64,000 nt of DNA. It comes from an uncultured Thermodesulfobacteriota bacterium (GTDB lineage: Bacteria > Desulfobacterota > GWC2-55-46 > JADFVP01). The position numbers and the translations under genes were made by a program. This document shows, piece by piece, positions 1 to 11,005 of the stretch. The number at the start of each line of letters is the position of its first letter. Position 1 is the stretch's first letter. The notes under the pieces are model-generated. The model was not told the origin of the DNA. It saw nothing but the letters and a program-made list of their open reading frames with translations, and searched no databases. Location of the stretch: assembly GCA_964510775.1 (NCBI GenBank), contig CAZEBZ010000003.1:424-64423 (forward strand), read 5' to 3'.

Positions 1-765
1 CCCTCGTCTATAGTTCCATAAGCAGCTATGGGCACTTGGCAGCCGCCTTCGAGCCTCTTTAGCAGCGCCCTCTCAGCGCGAACAGCACGGGAGGTCTCTC
101 TATGGTCAAAAAAGGCTATAAGCTCATTAGTCTGCTCATCGTCTATGCGCGTCTCTATGCCAATGGCTCCCTGGCCGATAGCGGGAAGAAAGATCTCAGG
201 AGAGAGAAGCTCCGTAATGCGGTCCTGCCAGCCAAGCCTGTTCACCCCGGCGCCTGCGAGCATAATGGCGTCGTACAGACCCTCATCAAGTTTACGAAGG
301 CGTGTATCAAGGTTACCGCGCAGCTGGGATATCTCAAGATCGGGCCTGAGGTTAAGAAGCTGCGCCTGACGGCGAAGACTCGATGTGCCGACCTTTGCGC
401 CCTTTGGCAGGTCTTTTAAGAGGACATTGTTGTTGCTTATAAGTGCGTCTCTTGGATCTTCCCTCTTCGCGATAGCCACAAGAGAGAGCCCCTCTGGAAA
501 CTCCGTAGGCACGTCCTTCATGGAGTGTACGGCGAGATGCACTCTACCGGAGAGCAGCGCCTCTTCAATTTCCTTTACAAAGAGGCCCTTGCCGCCTACC
601 TGCGCCAGAGGCACGTCTGTAATCTTATCTCCCGTAGTCTTTATCTTTTCAAGGCTTACGCTTACAAAAGGGTACTTCTTCTCAAGCTCCGCCTTCACCC
701 ACTCGGCCTGCCATAGGGCAAGCTTACTGCCCCGTGTCCCGATTATCAGTTCTTTTTTTTCCAAT
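1..765 (-). CDS. hemC: Porphobilinogen deaminase (hydroxymethylbilane synthase), C-terminally truncated by the window edge
   Basis: Reverse-strand translation from 765 gives (M)[54 protein letters not shown], the canonical HemC N-terminus. A TTG start lies 9 nt after AGGAGA. The ORF track missed it because it runs off the window. The + strand ORFs at 28..798 are low-complexity shadows. Confidence 0.85.
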
Positions 766-858
766 TTCGAGTATCTCCTTTTGCAGCCCCCCTTCTGAAA
801 AAGGCAGCGGGAGGTCTATTATAATAACTCTCAAACTCACAAGAGCGCGGAGCGCCGC

Positions 859-2166
859 TTAATCTTCTCTTGAACCTGTCTTTAAGATATCCTCGTCCTC
901 GTCAAGATCAAAGAGTTTTCTCGTAGTATCAATATAGGTATCGCCCTCTATCTTGTCTGCATCTTTCTTAAGACGCGATACAGGGCCGTGAAGAATCTTA
1001 TTAACAATAGACTTTGTCATGGAGTCAAGGATCTTTTGCTCCTTGGAGCTAAGTCCCTTCAGGCCTTTCAAGGCCCGCTCCAGCTCGGCCTTTCTTATAC
1101 CGTCGCAGTAGTTGCGAAGCGCAATAATAGTGGGTACAACATCAAGAGACTTTATCCAGCGGTAGAACTTCTCTATTTCCTCATCTATTATACGCTCTGC
1201 CTCATCGGCCTCCTTTGATCTCTCTTTTATATTAGAGGCGACAACGCCCTGCAGGTCGTCTATATCGTAGACATAAGTATTGTCAATATTGTTCACAAGA
1301 GGGTCTACGTTACGGGGCACTGAGATGTCGATAAAGAACATGGGGCGGTTCTTGCGCTCCCTTAAGACTTCGCGTATCTGCTCTTCTCTTATAATAAAGT
1401 TCTTCGCACCCGTAGAGGCGATGACAATATCCACGTTCTTGAGGTGCATGTGGAATTCCCTGAACATTATAGCCGTTCCGCCAAACTCCTTTACAAACTC
1501 AAGGGCCCGCTCATAGGTGCGGTTAGCCACCATTATCTCTCTAATACCGCCGCGAAGCAGATGCTTTGCCGCAAGCTCCGCCATCTCGCCGGCGCCAATA
1601 AGCATGACTGTCTTTCCCGAGAGCTCACCGAATATTTTTTTGGCAAGCTCCACAGCGGCAAAACTTATACTAACGGCGGCCTCGCCTATCTTTGTCTCCG
1701 TCCTGATGCGCTTGGCTACGGAAAAGACCTTATGGTAGAGCTTATTGACGATAACACCTGCTGAATCGGCCTCTACGGCACGGGCGTATGAGTCCTTCAC
1801 CTGGCCAAGTATCTGCGGCTCGCCAAGCACCATTGAATCAAGGCCCGCAGCTACCCTTAATAGATGCCTGACGGCATCAGCTCCGCAGTGCGAGTAAAGA
1901 TGCTCATCAAGGCTAGTAAGTTCAATGCCGCTGCTATCGGCGAGAAAACGCTTTACATGAAGCAGTCCCTTATCAATACCCTCATCATGACTCAGGGCGA
2001 GAACCTCGACACGGTTGCACGTAGAGAGTATAACACCCTCATTTAGACCGTATTCTCTTACAAGGCGGCGCAGCGAATCCTCAAGAGCATCAGAAGAGAA
2101 GGCTACCCTCTCCCTCACCCCAACAGGGGCCGTCTTGTGATTAAGACCAACTATGATGAGTTTCAT
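859..2166 (-). CDS. hemA: Glutamyl-tRNA reductase
   Basis: 435 aa, starting MKLIIVGLNHKTAPVGVRERVAF, with the conserved NADPH-binding region GAGEMAELAAKHL. It is linked to hemC and to siroheme-branch genes. Confidence 0.95.
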   Translation of the reverse strand: MKLIIVGLNHKTAPVGVRERVAFSSDALEDSLRRLVREYGLNEGVILSTCNRVEVLALSHDEGIDKGLLHVKRFLADSSGIELTSLDEHLYSHCGADAVRHLLRVAAGLDSMVLGEPQILGQVKDSYARAVEADSAGVIVNKLYHKVFSVAKRIRTETKIGEAAVSISFAAVELAKKIFGELSGKTVMLIGAGEMAELAAKHLLRGGIREIMVANRTYERALEFVKEFGGTAIMFREFHMHLKNVDIVIASTGAKNFIIREEQIREVLRERKNRPMFFIDISVPRNVDPLVNNIDNTYVYDIDDLQGVVASNIKERSKEADEAERIIDEEIEKFYRWIKSLDVVPTIIALRNYCDGIRKAELERALKGLKGLSSKEQKILDSMTKSIVNKILHGPVSRLKKDADKIEGDTYIDTTRKLFDLDEDEDILKTGSRED

Positions 2167-2198
2167 AAGACCGTCCGTTAATACCTGAGTTTAAGACC

Positions 2199-3023
2199 TT
2201 ACCGCAGCGAGATGCCATGGGCCCCGCCGAGTATTACGTTTATCATTATAAAGGAACCAATAAGCACCATAAAGGCCAGCGCCGAGAGCAAGGCGGCTTT
2301 TTTCCCTCTCCATCCCGCCGTAAGCCTTCCGTGCAGCAGCGCCGCGTAGAGAAACCATGTGATAAGCGACCAGACTTGGCGAGGCCTCCACTGCCAGTAG
2401 GAGCCAAGTGCGTACTCCGACCATACGGCGCCGGTGATAATCGCCAGAGTAAGCAGGGGAAAACCATACTGAAGACATCTGTAGTTAAGCTCATCAATCA
2501 CGTTAAGAGAGGGCAGAATATAAAAAAGCCCCTTGAGCTTTCTTTTTTTAAGGTAATGCTCCTGTATCATGTACATGATGCCGAGAAAGAAGGCGATGGC
2601 GAAAAAGGCGTTGCCGAGAAAAGCAAGCACCACATGTACGGGCAGCCAGTAACTCTCAAGGACAGGGGCAAGGGGTATAATGGTCTTTGGGAAAAAAGAA
2701 GACGTCATTATAAGGGCAAGGGCAAAGGGCGTTACAAATGCCCCGAGGACCCTCTGCTTGAACTTTACGAGCATAATCATGTACAGCGCCACCGTAAGCC
2801 ATGAGAAAAAAAGCAGCGACTCGTGCAGGTTAACGACAGGCGTCCTGCCTGCCCAAGCCCAGCGCACGATTATGACAATGGTATGAAGGACAAAAGAGGC
2901 CGTCAGCACACCTACGGCCGCCTTCACCACACGCTCGTTATGGCTAATGAGATAGACTACGAAGATGCACGTGGCTATAAAGTACCCGGCTATGGCCGTA
3001 TGAAAGAGAATATCCGTCAGCAT
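2199..3023 (-). CDS. CcsA/ResC/HemX-like cytochrome c assembly family membrane protein
   Basis: 274-aa polytopic membrane protein with a W-rich CcsA-like core (WAWAGRTPVVNLHESLLFFSW ... WSEYALGSYWQW). Its position between hemA and the precorrin-2 dehydrogenase matches the hemA-hemX arrangement. Confidence 0.8.
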   Translation of the reverse strand: MLTDILFHTAIAGYFIATCIFVVYLISHNERVVKAAVGVLTASFVLHTIVIIVRWAWAGRTPVVNLHESLLFFSWLTVALYMIMLVKFKQRVLGAFVTPFALALIMTSSFFPKTIIPLAPVLESYWLPVHVVLAFLGNAFFAIAFFLGIMYMIQEHYLKKRKLKGLFYILPSLNVIDELNYRCLQYGFPLLTLAIITGAVWSEYALGSYWQWRPRQVWSLITWFLYAALLHGRLTAGWRGKKAALLSALAFMVLIGSFIMINVILGGAHGISLR

Positions 3024-3712
3024 TCGCCCTCTTCATTACCAGAAGAAAATATCTTTTCGCAGTTAAGTCCAAGGGCCGAGAGGCTCACCCCCGCAGCATC
3101 GTTAAGCACCCTGTTAAGGCCCTCAATGTCCCCTGCCTTTATCAGCGCGGGGATCTCCGAGTCTAACAACTCGTTAATAATCCTGTCTTTTTTATCACCT
3201 TTAAGTCCATTTTTCAATAACTTCTCACGCAGTGCGGCCATTATCTCCAGAAAAGGTGCGTACTCTTCGCCTATAATGTTCTCTATCTCAAGACGAGTTC
3301 TCTTAGCAAGGGCCGGGGAGCCGCCTGCCGTGGAGATGGCGATTAAGAGCTCTCCCCTTCTCACCGTGGAGGGTACTATAAAGGACGAACCCGCGGGGTC
3401 GTCCACTACATTGACGGGTATTTTAAGGGCGCGTGCCTCGCGGCGTACTTCTTCGTTTACGGCCCTATCTGACGAGGCGGCTATAACAAGGCCCGCCCCT
3501 TTAAGATCCCCTGACTTAAAACGCCGCCTTAAGAGGCGTACTTTCTTATTATCAACAAGTTCACTTATCTTTTCTGTGACTAAAGGGCTAATAACCGTAA
3601 CAACCGCCCCGGCATTTAAAAGACCCAGAGCCTTTCGCTCCGCAACGGCTCCTCCGCCTATTACAAGACAGTGCGTATCTGTAATCTCAAGAAATAACGG
3701 GTAATAACCCAT
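3017..3712 (-). CDS. Precorrin-2 dehydrogenase / sirohydrochlorin ferrochelatase (siroheme synthase N-terminal domain type)
   Basis: 231 aa, starting MGYYPLFLEITDTHCLVIGGGAVAERKALGLLNAGAVVTVISP, a Rossmann fold typical of SirC/CysG-N/Met8. It overlaps the ccsA-like gene by 7 nt. Confidence 0.85.
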   Translation of the reverse strand: MGYYPLFLEITDTHCLVIGGGAVAERKALGLLNAGAVVTVISPLVTEKISELVDNKKVRLLRRRFKSGDLKGAGLVIAASSDRAVNEEVRREARALKIPVNVVDDPAGSSFIVPSTVRRGELLIAISTAGGSPALAKRTRLEIENIIGEEYAPFLEIMAALREKLLKNGLKGDKKDRIINELLDSEIPALIKAGDIEGLNRVLNDAAGVSLSALGLNCEKIFSSGNEEGEC

Positions 3713-4033
3713 AGAGGTCCACTGAGGTAAGAGACAGGGAGGTGGGAGCCCTTCGCGTTAAACCATTAAGGCAAAACGCTAAGGCCCCCGAGGATAAAGC
3801 CCCCTCTTGATATATATGAAATGAAAAGATCTTTAGTACGTCGCCATAATTATTATCTCGCAAAAAGATTAAAATAAGGTAAATTATTCCTTTAAAAGAT
3901 TTTTAATCTTCTCCACCCCATAATCTCTTCACCTTGGAGTCGTTTCGCGGGAAGTGTAAGGCCCTTACATCTATCAACTTATCGTAACTGTAGCATTAAT
4001 ACTAAAATCAAAAAGACCAAAAAGGAGACACTC

Positions 4034-4546
4034 ATGGATATTAAAGAAAAGAACGATGTGATACTCACCGCTGTTAAGGAAAAATTCGGCTTTGTACCTA
4101 ACCTCTTCAGGACTCTCTCAATCAGCCCCGCTGTCTCAGATGTCTACCTGAAGGCCAATGCGGCTATGGAGGAGGCCTCTGTCTCGGCGCAGGAGACGCA
4201 TGGCGTAAACCTCGCCGTATCAGTTGAGAACGGCTGCAAGTACTGCGTTGCCGCCCATAGCGTCATGTGCAAGATGGTTGGTATCGAGGTTGATGAAATA
4301 GACCTTATTAAACAAGGTAAGCTGCCTGAGGAAAAAACCCTCGCCGCCGCCGTAAAGGCTGCGCTCCTTATAATGGAAAAAAAGGGCTGGCTCAATGACG
4401 GGGAGCTCTCAGAGCTTGAGAGTCAAGGCGTAGGGCGTGGAAAAATCTACGAGATAATCGCCCTAATAGGCATTAAGACAATAGCCAACTACGTTAACCA
4501 CATAGGAAAGACTGTGATTGACGATGAGTTTAAAGAGCAGGCCTAA
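4034..4546 (+). CDS. Carboxymuconolactone decarboxylase / AhpD-like family protein
   Basis: 170 aa with the ENGCKYCVAAHS CxxC-H core of the AhpD-like fold. AGGAG lies 8 nt upstream of the ATG. Confidence 0.75.
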   Translation: MDIKEKNDVILTAVKEKFGFVPNLFRTLSISPAVSDVYLKANAAMEEASVSAQETHGVNLAVSVENGCKYCVAAHSVMCKMVGIEVDEIDLIKQGKLPEEKTLAAAVKAALLIMEKKGWLNDGELSELESQGVGRGKIYEIIALIGIKTIANYVNHIGKTVIDDEFKEQA

Positions 4547-4713
4547 GCTTATACCAAAGCTCATAAGAGAGCAGAGCGATAAAGGCCCTCTCACAAGGCA
4601 GGGTTTATACGCCAAGGGCCGCTCTACGACGAAAACCCCTTAAAGGCAACGCCCACTTATCTACAAAAAGCCGCGATTCAAAGGCGCCTTTTTTTACGCC
4701 CCCACCGATGCCC

Positions 4714-5064
4714 CTACTTAAAGGCCTCGGCGATGTCCTCAAAAGAAGCGTCTACTACAGAGACGTTTGTGTACCCCATCTGCCGAAGAGCACATGCTGA
4801 GAGGGCCGCACGACCGCCTCTGGCACAGTGAAGCAGCAGTGGCGTACTCGCAGCTGGAGCGGTCTTCTCTATCTTCATCTCCAGCACACCTCTTGGTATA
4901 TTCACAGAGCCCTTTATAGAGCCCTCCGCCGCCTCGCCGGGCTCCCTTACATCTATGAGAAGGGCGCCCTCAGTTTCTTTCAAGACATCAACTGCCTCTT
5001 GCGGAGTAATAAGCCTGCACTGTTTTTTCACCTCGGCTACAAGGTCGCCGGCGGATCTTATCAT
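4714..5064 (-). CDS. Rhodanese-like sulfurtransferase domain protein
   Basis: 116 aa with a catalytic loop HCARGGRA and typical rhodanese spacing (LIDVREPGE ... GYTNVSVV). Confidence 0.8.
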   Translation of the reverse strand: MIRSAGDLVAEVKKQCRLITPQEAVDVLKETEGALLIDVREPGEAAEGSIKGSVNIPRGVLEMKIEKTAPAASTPLLLHCARGGRAALSACALRQMGYTNVSVVDASFEDIAEAFK

Positions 5065-5327
5065 TTTCTCACCCTGCTTTTTCTTGGAGCCGCCGCGGGG
5101 CTCTTCTTTACAGTCCTGCGTCTCTTAACAGGTTTACTACCTGCGAGCAACTCTTGTTCCGCCGCGAGCCAGTTAGCCTCATCTCTACCCGCCACCCAGC
5201 CGCTCTTCTCATAAAGAAAGTACGCCGCCTGTGAGATCTCCTCATGTCTGTTATCCATTTTTTTCACCCTCCCGGATTTGAAGAACCAAGTACTTATGAA
5301 TAACACCTCTATACTTATAAAATACAC
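5061..5327 (-). CDS. DUF2934 domain small protein
   Basis: 88 aa. ISQAAYFLYEKSGWVAGRDEANWLAAEQEL matches the DUF2934 signature. A K/R-rich C-terminus follows. It overlaps the rhodanese gene by 4 nt. Confidence 0.6.
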   Translation of the reverse strand: MYFISIEVLFISTWFFKSGRVKKMDNRHEEISQAAYFLYEKSGWVAGRDEANWLAAEQELLAGSKPVKRRRTVKKSPAAAPRKSRVRK

Positions 5328-5351
5328 CTCTTTGAGGCCTTGTCAAGTGGA

Positions 5352-7352
5352 TTAAGATACACCGAGCTGTCTGTCCTCAAGCTCTCTGATTCTGTCTCTA
5401 AATCCGGCGGCCTTCTCAAAGTCAAGCTTCTTCGCGGCACGGGCCATCTCTTTACGAAGGGCCTTTATAAGGGCTGGTATTTCATGGGGAGGAATATACT
5501 CCTCGGCCTCCTCTGCAGCCACTGGCACGGTGTAATAATCCCCCTCGTATATAGTGGAGAGTATGTCTTTAATACTGCTCTTTATGCTAACAGGGGTGAT
5601 ACCCTCTTTTTGATTATATTTCTCCTGAAGCCCTCTTCTTCTATCTGTCTCATCCATAGCTCGGCGCATGGAGCCTGTAACCCTGTCGCCGTATAGCAGA
5701 ACACGTCCGTTTACATTACGGGCAGCGCGGCCAAAGGTCTGCACAAGAGAGCGCTCGGAGCGTAAAAATCCCTCCTTATCGGCATCAAGTATGGCTACGA
5801 GTGAGACCTCGGGCAGATCAAGGCCCTCTCGGAGCAGATTTATGCCCACGAGCACATCAAACTCGCCCTCTCTGAGGTTACGTATTATCTCCACCCTCTC
5901 AAGGGTATCAATATCAGAGTGCAGGTACTTTACCCTCACGCCAAGCTCGCTGTAGTACTGCGTAAGATCCTCGGCGCTCCTCTTCGTAAGGGTAGTCACA
6001 AGGACACGCTCGCCTTGTTTTACGCGCTCTCTTATCTCACCAAGAAGATCGTCTACCTGATGCGTAGCGGGGCGCACCTCAATGGGCGGGTCAAGTAGAC
6101 CTGTGGGCCTAATTATCTGCTCTACGATATTTTTATCTCCTGCGAGGTCCTTCTCATAATCAGCGGGCGTGGCAGAGACATAGACGCCCTGAACAACCCT
6201 ACCCTCAAACTCATCAAACTTCAGGGGCCTGTTATCAAGGGCAGATGGGAGACGAAAGCCAAAGTCCACGAGGTTCTGCTTACGGGATCTGTCTCCCTTG
6301 TACATGGCCCCAACCTGGGGCACGGTTATGTGAGATTCGTCGGCAAATAGGAGGAAATCATGGGGAAAGTAATCAAGGAGCGTATAGGGCGGCTCACCGG
6401 GAAGGCGGCCTGTAATGTGGCGCGAGTAATTCTCAATACCCGGGCAAAAGCCCATCTCATCAAATAACTCAAGGTCGTAGAGCGTACGCTGCTCAAGACG
6501 CTGGGCCTCTACGTTACTACCCGCCTCCTTGAGCTCACGAAGACGCTCGCCAAGCTCGGCACGTATTGAGTTAACGGCCCTCTTCAGGTTATCCTCTGTA
6601 GTAACAAAGTGAGAAGCAGGGTGAACGAGTACCTTGCTGATACTCCTTAAGACCCTGCCCCGCATGGTGTCTATCTCGGAAATCTCCTCAATAGTATCGC
6701 CGAAGAACTCAAGCCTCAGCGCCGAGGCCGTCTCATATACAGGAAATATATCCACCACATCGCCGCGTACACGAAAGGTGCCGCGGTGAAAATCAAAGTC
6801 ATTTCTCTTATAACGCATGGCCACAAGGCGTTTTAGCACCTCGTCCCTATCAACGGTCATGTCTTTTTCCACATAGAGCTTTATCGTGCCGTAGGCATCA
6901 GGCGAGCCGATGCCGTATATGCACGAGACTGAGGCCACTATTATTACATCACGCCTTGTAAGGAGGGAGTGAGTGGCGCTGTGGCGGAGTTTGTCTATCT
7001 CGTCATTTATGGAGGCGTCTTTCTCTATATATACATCTGATGCGGGCAGATAGGCCTCGGGCTGGTAGTAGTCGTAGTATGAGACAAAGTACTCTACGGC
7101 GTTCTCAGGGAAGAGATCTCGAAACTCGGCGTAGAGCTGCGCCGCAAGCGTCTTGTTGGGTGCGATGATAAGTGATGGCCTCTGAAGCTCTTCTATGACC
7201 TTTGCAACGGTAAAGGTCTTTCCAGAGCCTGTTACGCCAAGAAGCACCTGCGCGCCCTCGCCTCTCTTTATGGCGGAGCAGAGTTTTTTAATTGCAGCGG
7301 GCTGATCTCCGCGCGGAGTAAACTCAGAATCTATCTTAAATACACCTTTCAT
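5352..7352 (-). CDS. uvrB: Excinuclease ABC subunit B
   Basis: 666 aa. Starts [24 protein letters not shown], has a Walker A motif GVTGSGKTF, helicase motifs, and the C-terminal UvrB/UvrC-interaction motif [14 protein letters not shown]. Confidence 0.97.
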   Translation of the reverse strand: MKGVFKIDSEFTPRGDQPAAIKKLCSAIKRGEGAQVLLGVTGSGKTFTVAKVIEELQRPSLIIAPNKTLAAQLYAEFRDLFPENAVEYFVSYYDYYQPEAYLPASDVYIEKDASINDEIDKLRHSATHSLLTRRDVIIVASVSCIYGIGSPDAYGTIKLYVEKDMTVDRDEVLKRLVAMRYKRNDFDFHRGTFRVRGDVVDIFPVYETASALRLEFFGDTIEEISEIDTMRGRVLRSISKVLVHPASHFVTTEDNLKRAVNSIRAELGERLRELKEAGSNVEAQRLEQRTLYDLELFDEMGFCPGIENYSRHITGRLPGEPPYTLLDYFPHDFLLFADESHITVPQVGAMYKGDRSRKQNLVDFGFRLPSALDNRPLKFDEFEGRVVQGVYVSATPADYEKDLAGDKNIVEQIIRPTGLLDPPIEVRPATHQVDDLLGEIRERVKQGERVLVTTLTKRSAEDLTQYYSELGVRVKYLHSDIDTLERVEIIRNLREGEFDVLVGINLLREGLDLPEVSLVAILDADKEGFLRSERSLVQTFGRAARNVNGRVLLYGDRVTGSMRRAMDETDRRRGLQEKYNQKEGITPVSIKSSIKDILSTIYEGDYYTVPVAAEEAEEYIPPHEIPALIKALRKEMARAAKKLDFEKAAGFRDRIRELEDRQLGVS

Positions 7353-7583
7353 AACCTCTCCATCTATCTTAATCCCGATTACCCTAACTTAAAAGGATAC
7401 CACGAAGGGAGGTTCCATGTAAACTCAGGCAGAGGAAGGAGCGGGAAAAGCTCCTTAAGATAAAAAGGGGCGCCTCTATTGGATAAAAATATTTTATTTT
7501 TCCTGCCCTTATGTTATTAATATTCGTTGGATATTTTTACAACAACACCACAACTAACGACCTTGCGAGGTTTCAAAAAAGAC

Positions 7584-10427
7584 ATGGAAAAGATAGATTA
7601 TAAGGATACGCTTAACCTGCCGCGGACAGAGTTCGCCATGAAGGCCCGTCTCAGCGAGAGTGAGCCAGAGAGGCTCCGTGAGTGGGAGGCAACGGGGCTA
7701 TACGAGCAAATAATGAGGGCGGGAGCGGGCAGGGAAAAATTCATACTCCATGACGGCCCTCCCTATGCCAACGGCCACATACACATGGGGCACGCTCTTA
7801 ATAAGATATTAAAAGACATAATCGTAAAAAACGCCTTTATGTCAGGCTTTTCGGCGGACTATGTGCCCGGGTGGGATTGTCACGGCCTGCCTATTGAGCT
7901 GCAGGTGGAAAAAGAGCTCAAAAAAGAGAAGATCGAGTTCTCAAAGTCTGAGATAAGAAGGCGCTGCCGCAGGTACGCCGAAAAATTCGTGGCCATTCAG
8001 CGAGATGAGTTCAAGAGGCTCGGCATCTTCGGCCAGTGGGACTCGCCCTACCTCACGATGAACTATACCTATCAGGCAGCCATCATGGAGGAGCTTGGAA
8101 AATTCCATGAGAACGGCCTTATCTACAAGGGCAAGAAACCTGTTCACTGGTGCGCCTCGTGCAGGACGGCCCTCGCCGAGGCCGAGGTGGAGCATGGGGA
8201 TAAGACCTCGCCCTCAGTATACGTTGCATTTCCCGTTGATAAAGAAGAACTGGAAAAAAGACTAAGCATAAAAATAAGTGATAAAAAGGCAGCCGTAATT
8301 ATCTGGACGACTACGCCCTGGACATTGCCGGCAAACCTCGCCGTAGCCATACACCCTGACCTCGACTACGTACTCGCCTCCTTTAATGGCGCCTCTTACA
8401 TCTTCGCCGAGGGACTTTTAGAGAGTCTTGCAGGGGCTATTGGTTTAGAAAAAGAAGACATCAGAATAATAAAAAAATTCCGTCATAATGATATCAGTGG
8501 CCTAAAGGCGCGCCACCCCTTTATAGATAGGGACTCGCCCATACTTCCTGGCTCCCATGTAACCCTTGAGGCGGGCACGGGCTGCGTTCACACGGCGCCT
8601 GGCCACGGTCAGGACGACTACGAGCTTGGCCTTCAACACGGCCTCGATGTCTACGCCCCTGTTGATGACGGCGGAAAATTCACTGATGAGGTGCCTGAAT
8701 TTACTGGCCAATTCGTCTTCAAGGCCAACAAAGGCGTAATCGAATTATTAGAAGAGAGAGGGGCGCTCCTCGCCACAGAAGAGATACGTCACTCATACCC
8801 CCACTGCTGGCGCTGCAAGCGCCCAGTTATATTTCGGGCTACAGAGCAGTGGTTCGTCTCCATGGAGGCAGGTGACCTTCGCGGCAAGGCCCTAAGGGCA
8901 ATAGATAATAAGATAGAATGGATACCCGCCTGGGGGCGTGAGCGTATTCACAAGATGATAGAGAACCGTCCGGACTGGTGCCTCTCAAGGCAGCGCGTCT
9001 GGGGTGTTCCCATACCTGCCGTAAGATGCACAGAGTGCGAGAAGAGCTTTTTGGATGAGGGCCTTATAACGGGGCTCGCCGCGGCCTTCGAGGACGAGGG
9101 CGCCGATATATGGTACGAGAGAGAGCTAAGGGAGCTGCCCAAAGGCACGGGGCTAAGATGCCCGGAGTGCGGCGGTACGGAGCTAAAAAAAGAAGAGGAT
9201 ATACTCGACGTCTGGTTTGACTCAGGCGTAAGCTACGCAGCCGTCCTTGAGGGTCGCACCAACCTGAAGTTTCCCGCAGACCTATACCTTGAGGGCAGCG
9301 ATCAGCACAGGGGCTGGTTTCACTCATCGCTTCTAACCTCCATAGGCACACGCAACGAGCCTCCATACAGGGCGGCGCTAACGCACGGCTTTGTCGTAGA
9401 CGGCAAGGGTAAGAAGATGAGCAAGACTCAGGGTAATGTCATAGCCCCTGAGAGCATTATAAAAAAGTACGGCGCCGAGGTACTAAGGCTCTGGGTCGCC
9501 GCCGAGGACTACCGCGACGATATCAGGGTATCAGAGGAAATATTAAGACGCCTCTCTGAGGGATACAGGCGTATACGCAATACCTTCAGGTATATCCTCG
9601 GTAACCTCTATGATTTTGACCCTGAAAAAGACAGCGTGCCTTACAGAGACCTCGGAGAGCTTGAGAGGCTTACCCTTCATAAACTCTTCGAACTTAACAA
9701 GGGCGTAGGTGATGCATATAAAAACTACGAGTTTCATAAAATCTACCACTCTGTACACAACTACTGCGCGGTGGACTTAAGCGCCCTCTACCTTGACGCC
9801 ATTAAAGACCGCCTCTATACCTCAAAGCCCGCCTCACAGGAGCGCCGCGCTGCTCAGACGACTATATACTACGTCCTTGACCACCTGCTGCGTCTCATGG
9901 CTCCAATACTTGTCTTTACCACAGAAGAGGCCTGGCAGAGTCTTCCAGGCGTGCGTGAAAAGAGCGTTCACCTCGCCGCCATGCCTGCCCTGCCAGAGCA
10001 GTGGGAGGACGATAAACTTACTAAGGAGTGGAAACTGCTCCTTGAGATAAAGGATGAAATATCAAAAGCCCTTGAGGGGGCGAGAAAGGCAAAGCTCATA
10101 GGCCACCCCCTTGACGCGAGGGTGATAATCAAGCACAGTGAACAATTTAAGGACGTACTTGAGGCAAAAGGGAAATACCTTAAAGAAATACTTGTAGTAT
10201 CGCTGGTGGAGGTAAGCGGTACAGAGGGAGCAGGCGGGACTGAAGGTCTTAATGAGAAGGGCGATAGATTTACCTTTATCTCAAAAGACCTGCCGGGCAT
10301 TGAAGTCGCCGTAAAAAAAGCCGCGGGGGAAAAATGCGAGAGGTGCTGGAACTACAGCGAGAGCGTAGGAGGAGATAAGAAAGCCCCCAGGATATGCGAA
10401 AGATGCAGCAAGGCCCTTGAGGGGTAG
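7584..10427 (+). CDS. ileS: Isoleucine--tRNA ligase
   Basis: HMGHALNKILKD (HIGH motif), KMSKTQGNVI (KMSKS motif) and a C-terminal Zn-ribbon CERCWNY...CERC. The start is chosen at the in-frame MEKIDYKDTLNLPRTEF typical of IleS; the ORF-track start at 7527 is less likely. Confidence 0.95.
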   Translation: MEKIDYKDTLNLPRTEFAMKARLSESEPERLREWEATGLYEQIMRAGAGREKFILHDGPPYANGHIHMGHALNKILKDIIVKNAFMSGFSADYVPGWDCHGLPIELQVEKELKKEKIEFSKSEIRRRCRRYAEKFVAIQRDEFKRLGIFGQWDSPYLTMNYTYQAAIMEELGKFHENGLIYKGKKPVHWCASCRTALAEAEVEHGDKTSPSVYVAFPVDKEELEKRLSIKISDKKAAVIIWTTTPWTLPANLAVAIHPDLDYVLASFNGASYIFAEGLLESLAGAIGLEKEDIRIIKKFRHNDISGLKARHPFIDRDSPILPGSHVTLEAGTGCVHTAPGHGQDDYELGLQHGLDVYAPVDDGGKFTDEVPEFTGQFVFKANKGVIELLEERGALLATEEIRHSYPHCWRCKRPVIFRATEQWFVSMEAGDLRGKALRAIDNKIEWIPAWGRERIHKMIENRPDWCLSRQRVWGVPIPAVRCTECEKSFLDEGLITGLAAAFEDEGADIWYERELRELPKGTGLRCPECGGTELKKEEDILDVWFDSGVSYAAVLEGRTNLKFPADLYLEGSDQHRGWFHSSLLTSIGTRNEPPYRAALTHGFVVDGKGKKMSKTQGNVIAPESIIKKYGAEVLRLWVAAEDYRDDIRVSEEILRRLSEGYRRIRNTFRYILGNLYDFDPEKDSVPYRDLGELERLTLHKLFELNKGVGDAYKNYEFHKIYHSVHNYCAVDLSALYLDAIKDRLYTSKPASQERRAAQTTIYYVLDHLLRLMAPILVFTTEEAWQSLPGVREKSVHLAAMPALPEQWEDDKLTKEWKLLLEIKDEISKALEGARKAKLIGHPLDARVIIKHSEQFKDVLEAKGKYLKEILVVSLVEVSGTEGAGGTEGLNEKGDRFTFISKDLPGIEVAVKKAAGEKCERCWNYSESVGGDKKAPRICERCSKALEG

Positions 10428-10923
10428 TATGAACAGAGGCCTAAAAATATTTCTTCTTACCACCGCCTCCGTTGCTGTTCTCGATCAGCTCAGCAAGGCC
10501 CTTATAACGACTCGTCTGGGCCTTGGCTCAGTAGTGGAGGTAATTCCAGGGCTATTAAATATCGTCTACTTTCGAAACACGGGCTCGGCCTTCGGTCTTA
10601 TGCAAGGCGCCTCATCTATTAAGACTATCCTAATGGCCGCACTCACCATAGGCGCTATCATAGTCATTGCCTTTATGGCGCGCCAGAGCCGCGGTAAACT
10701 CCATGCCCTTGCCCTCTCACTTATAAGCGGCGGCGCAGCCGGCAACCTCATAGACCGCCTTACGAGCGGCTCTGTCGTGGATTTTATAGACATCTTCATC
10801 GGCGCCTATCACTGGCCCGCCTTCAACATCGCCGACTCGGCCATTACCACAGGAGTAGCAGCATATATTATACTCATGTACAAGAAGAGACCCCCGGTCG
10901 GTACAAGAGGGGGATTAAATTAA
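10417..10923 (+). CDS. lspA: Lipoprotein signal peptidase (signal peptidase II)
   Basis: Roughly 165-aa membrane protein directly overlapping the ileS stop, in the conserved ileS-lspA order. It carries NRGLKIFLLTTASVAVLDQLSK, the FRNTGSAFG motif and the NIADSAIT motif. The start is either 10417 or the ATG at 10429. Confidence 0.9.
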   Translation: MRGSMNRGLKIFLLTTASVAVLDQLSKALITTRLGLGSVVEVIPGLLNIVYFRNTGSAFGLMQGASSIKTILMAALTIGAIIVIAFMARQSRGKLHALALSLISGGAAGNLIDRLTSGSVVDFIDIFIGAYHWPAFNIADSAITTGVAAYIILMYKKRPPVGTRGGLN

Positions 10924-11005
10924 TATCACCTTGGCAGATAGAGAAAAGGGCAAGACAAGAGAGAGGGGATAATAAAGAAAAGGAGAGAACTATAAGCCAA
11001 AAAAA

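Noticed and set aside
28-798. Four + strand ORFs at the window start (28..369, 102..419, 385..798, 525..716)
   Set aside because: Their translations are low-complexity S/R/L/A-rich. The - strand over the same interval encodes a clean HemC N-terminus starting at 765, which was missed by the track because it runs off the window edge.
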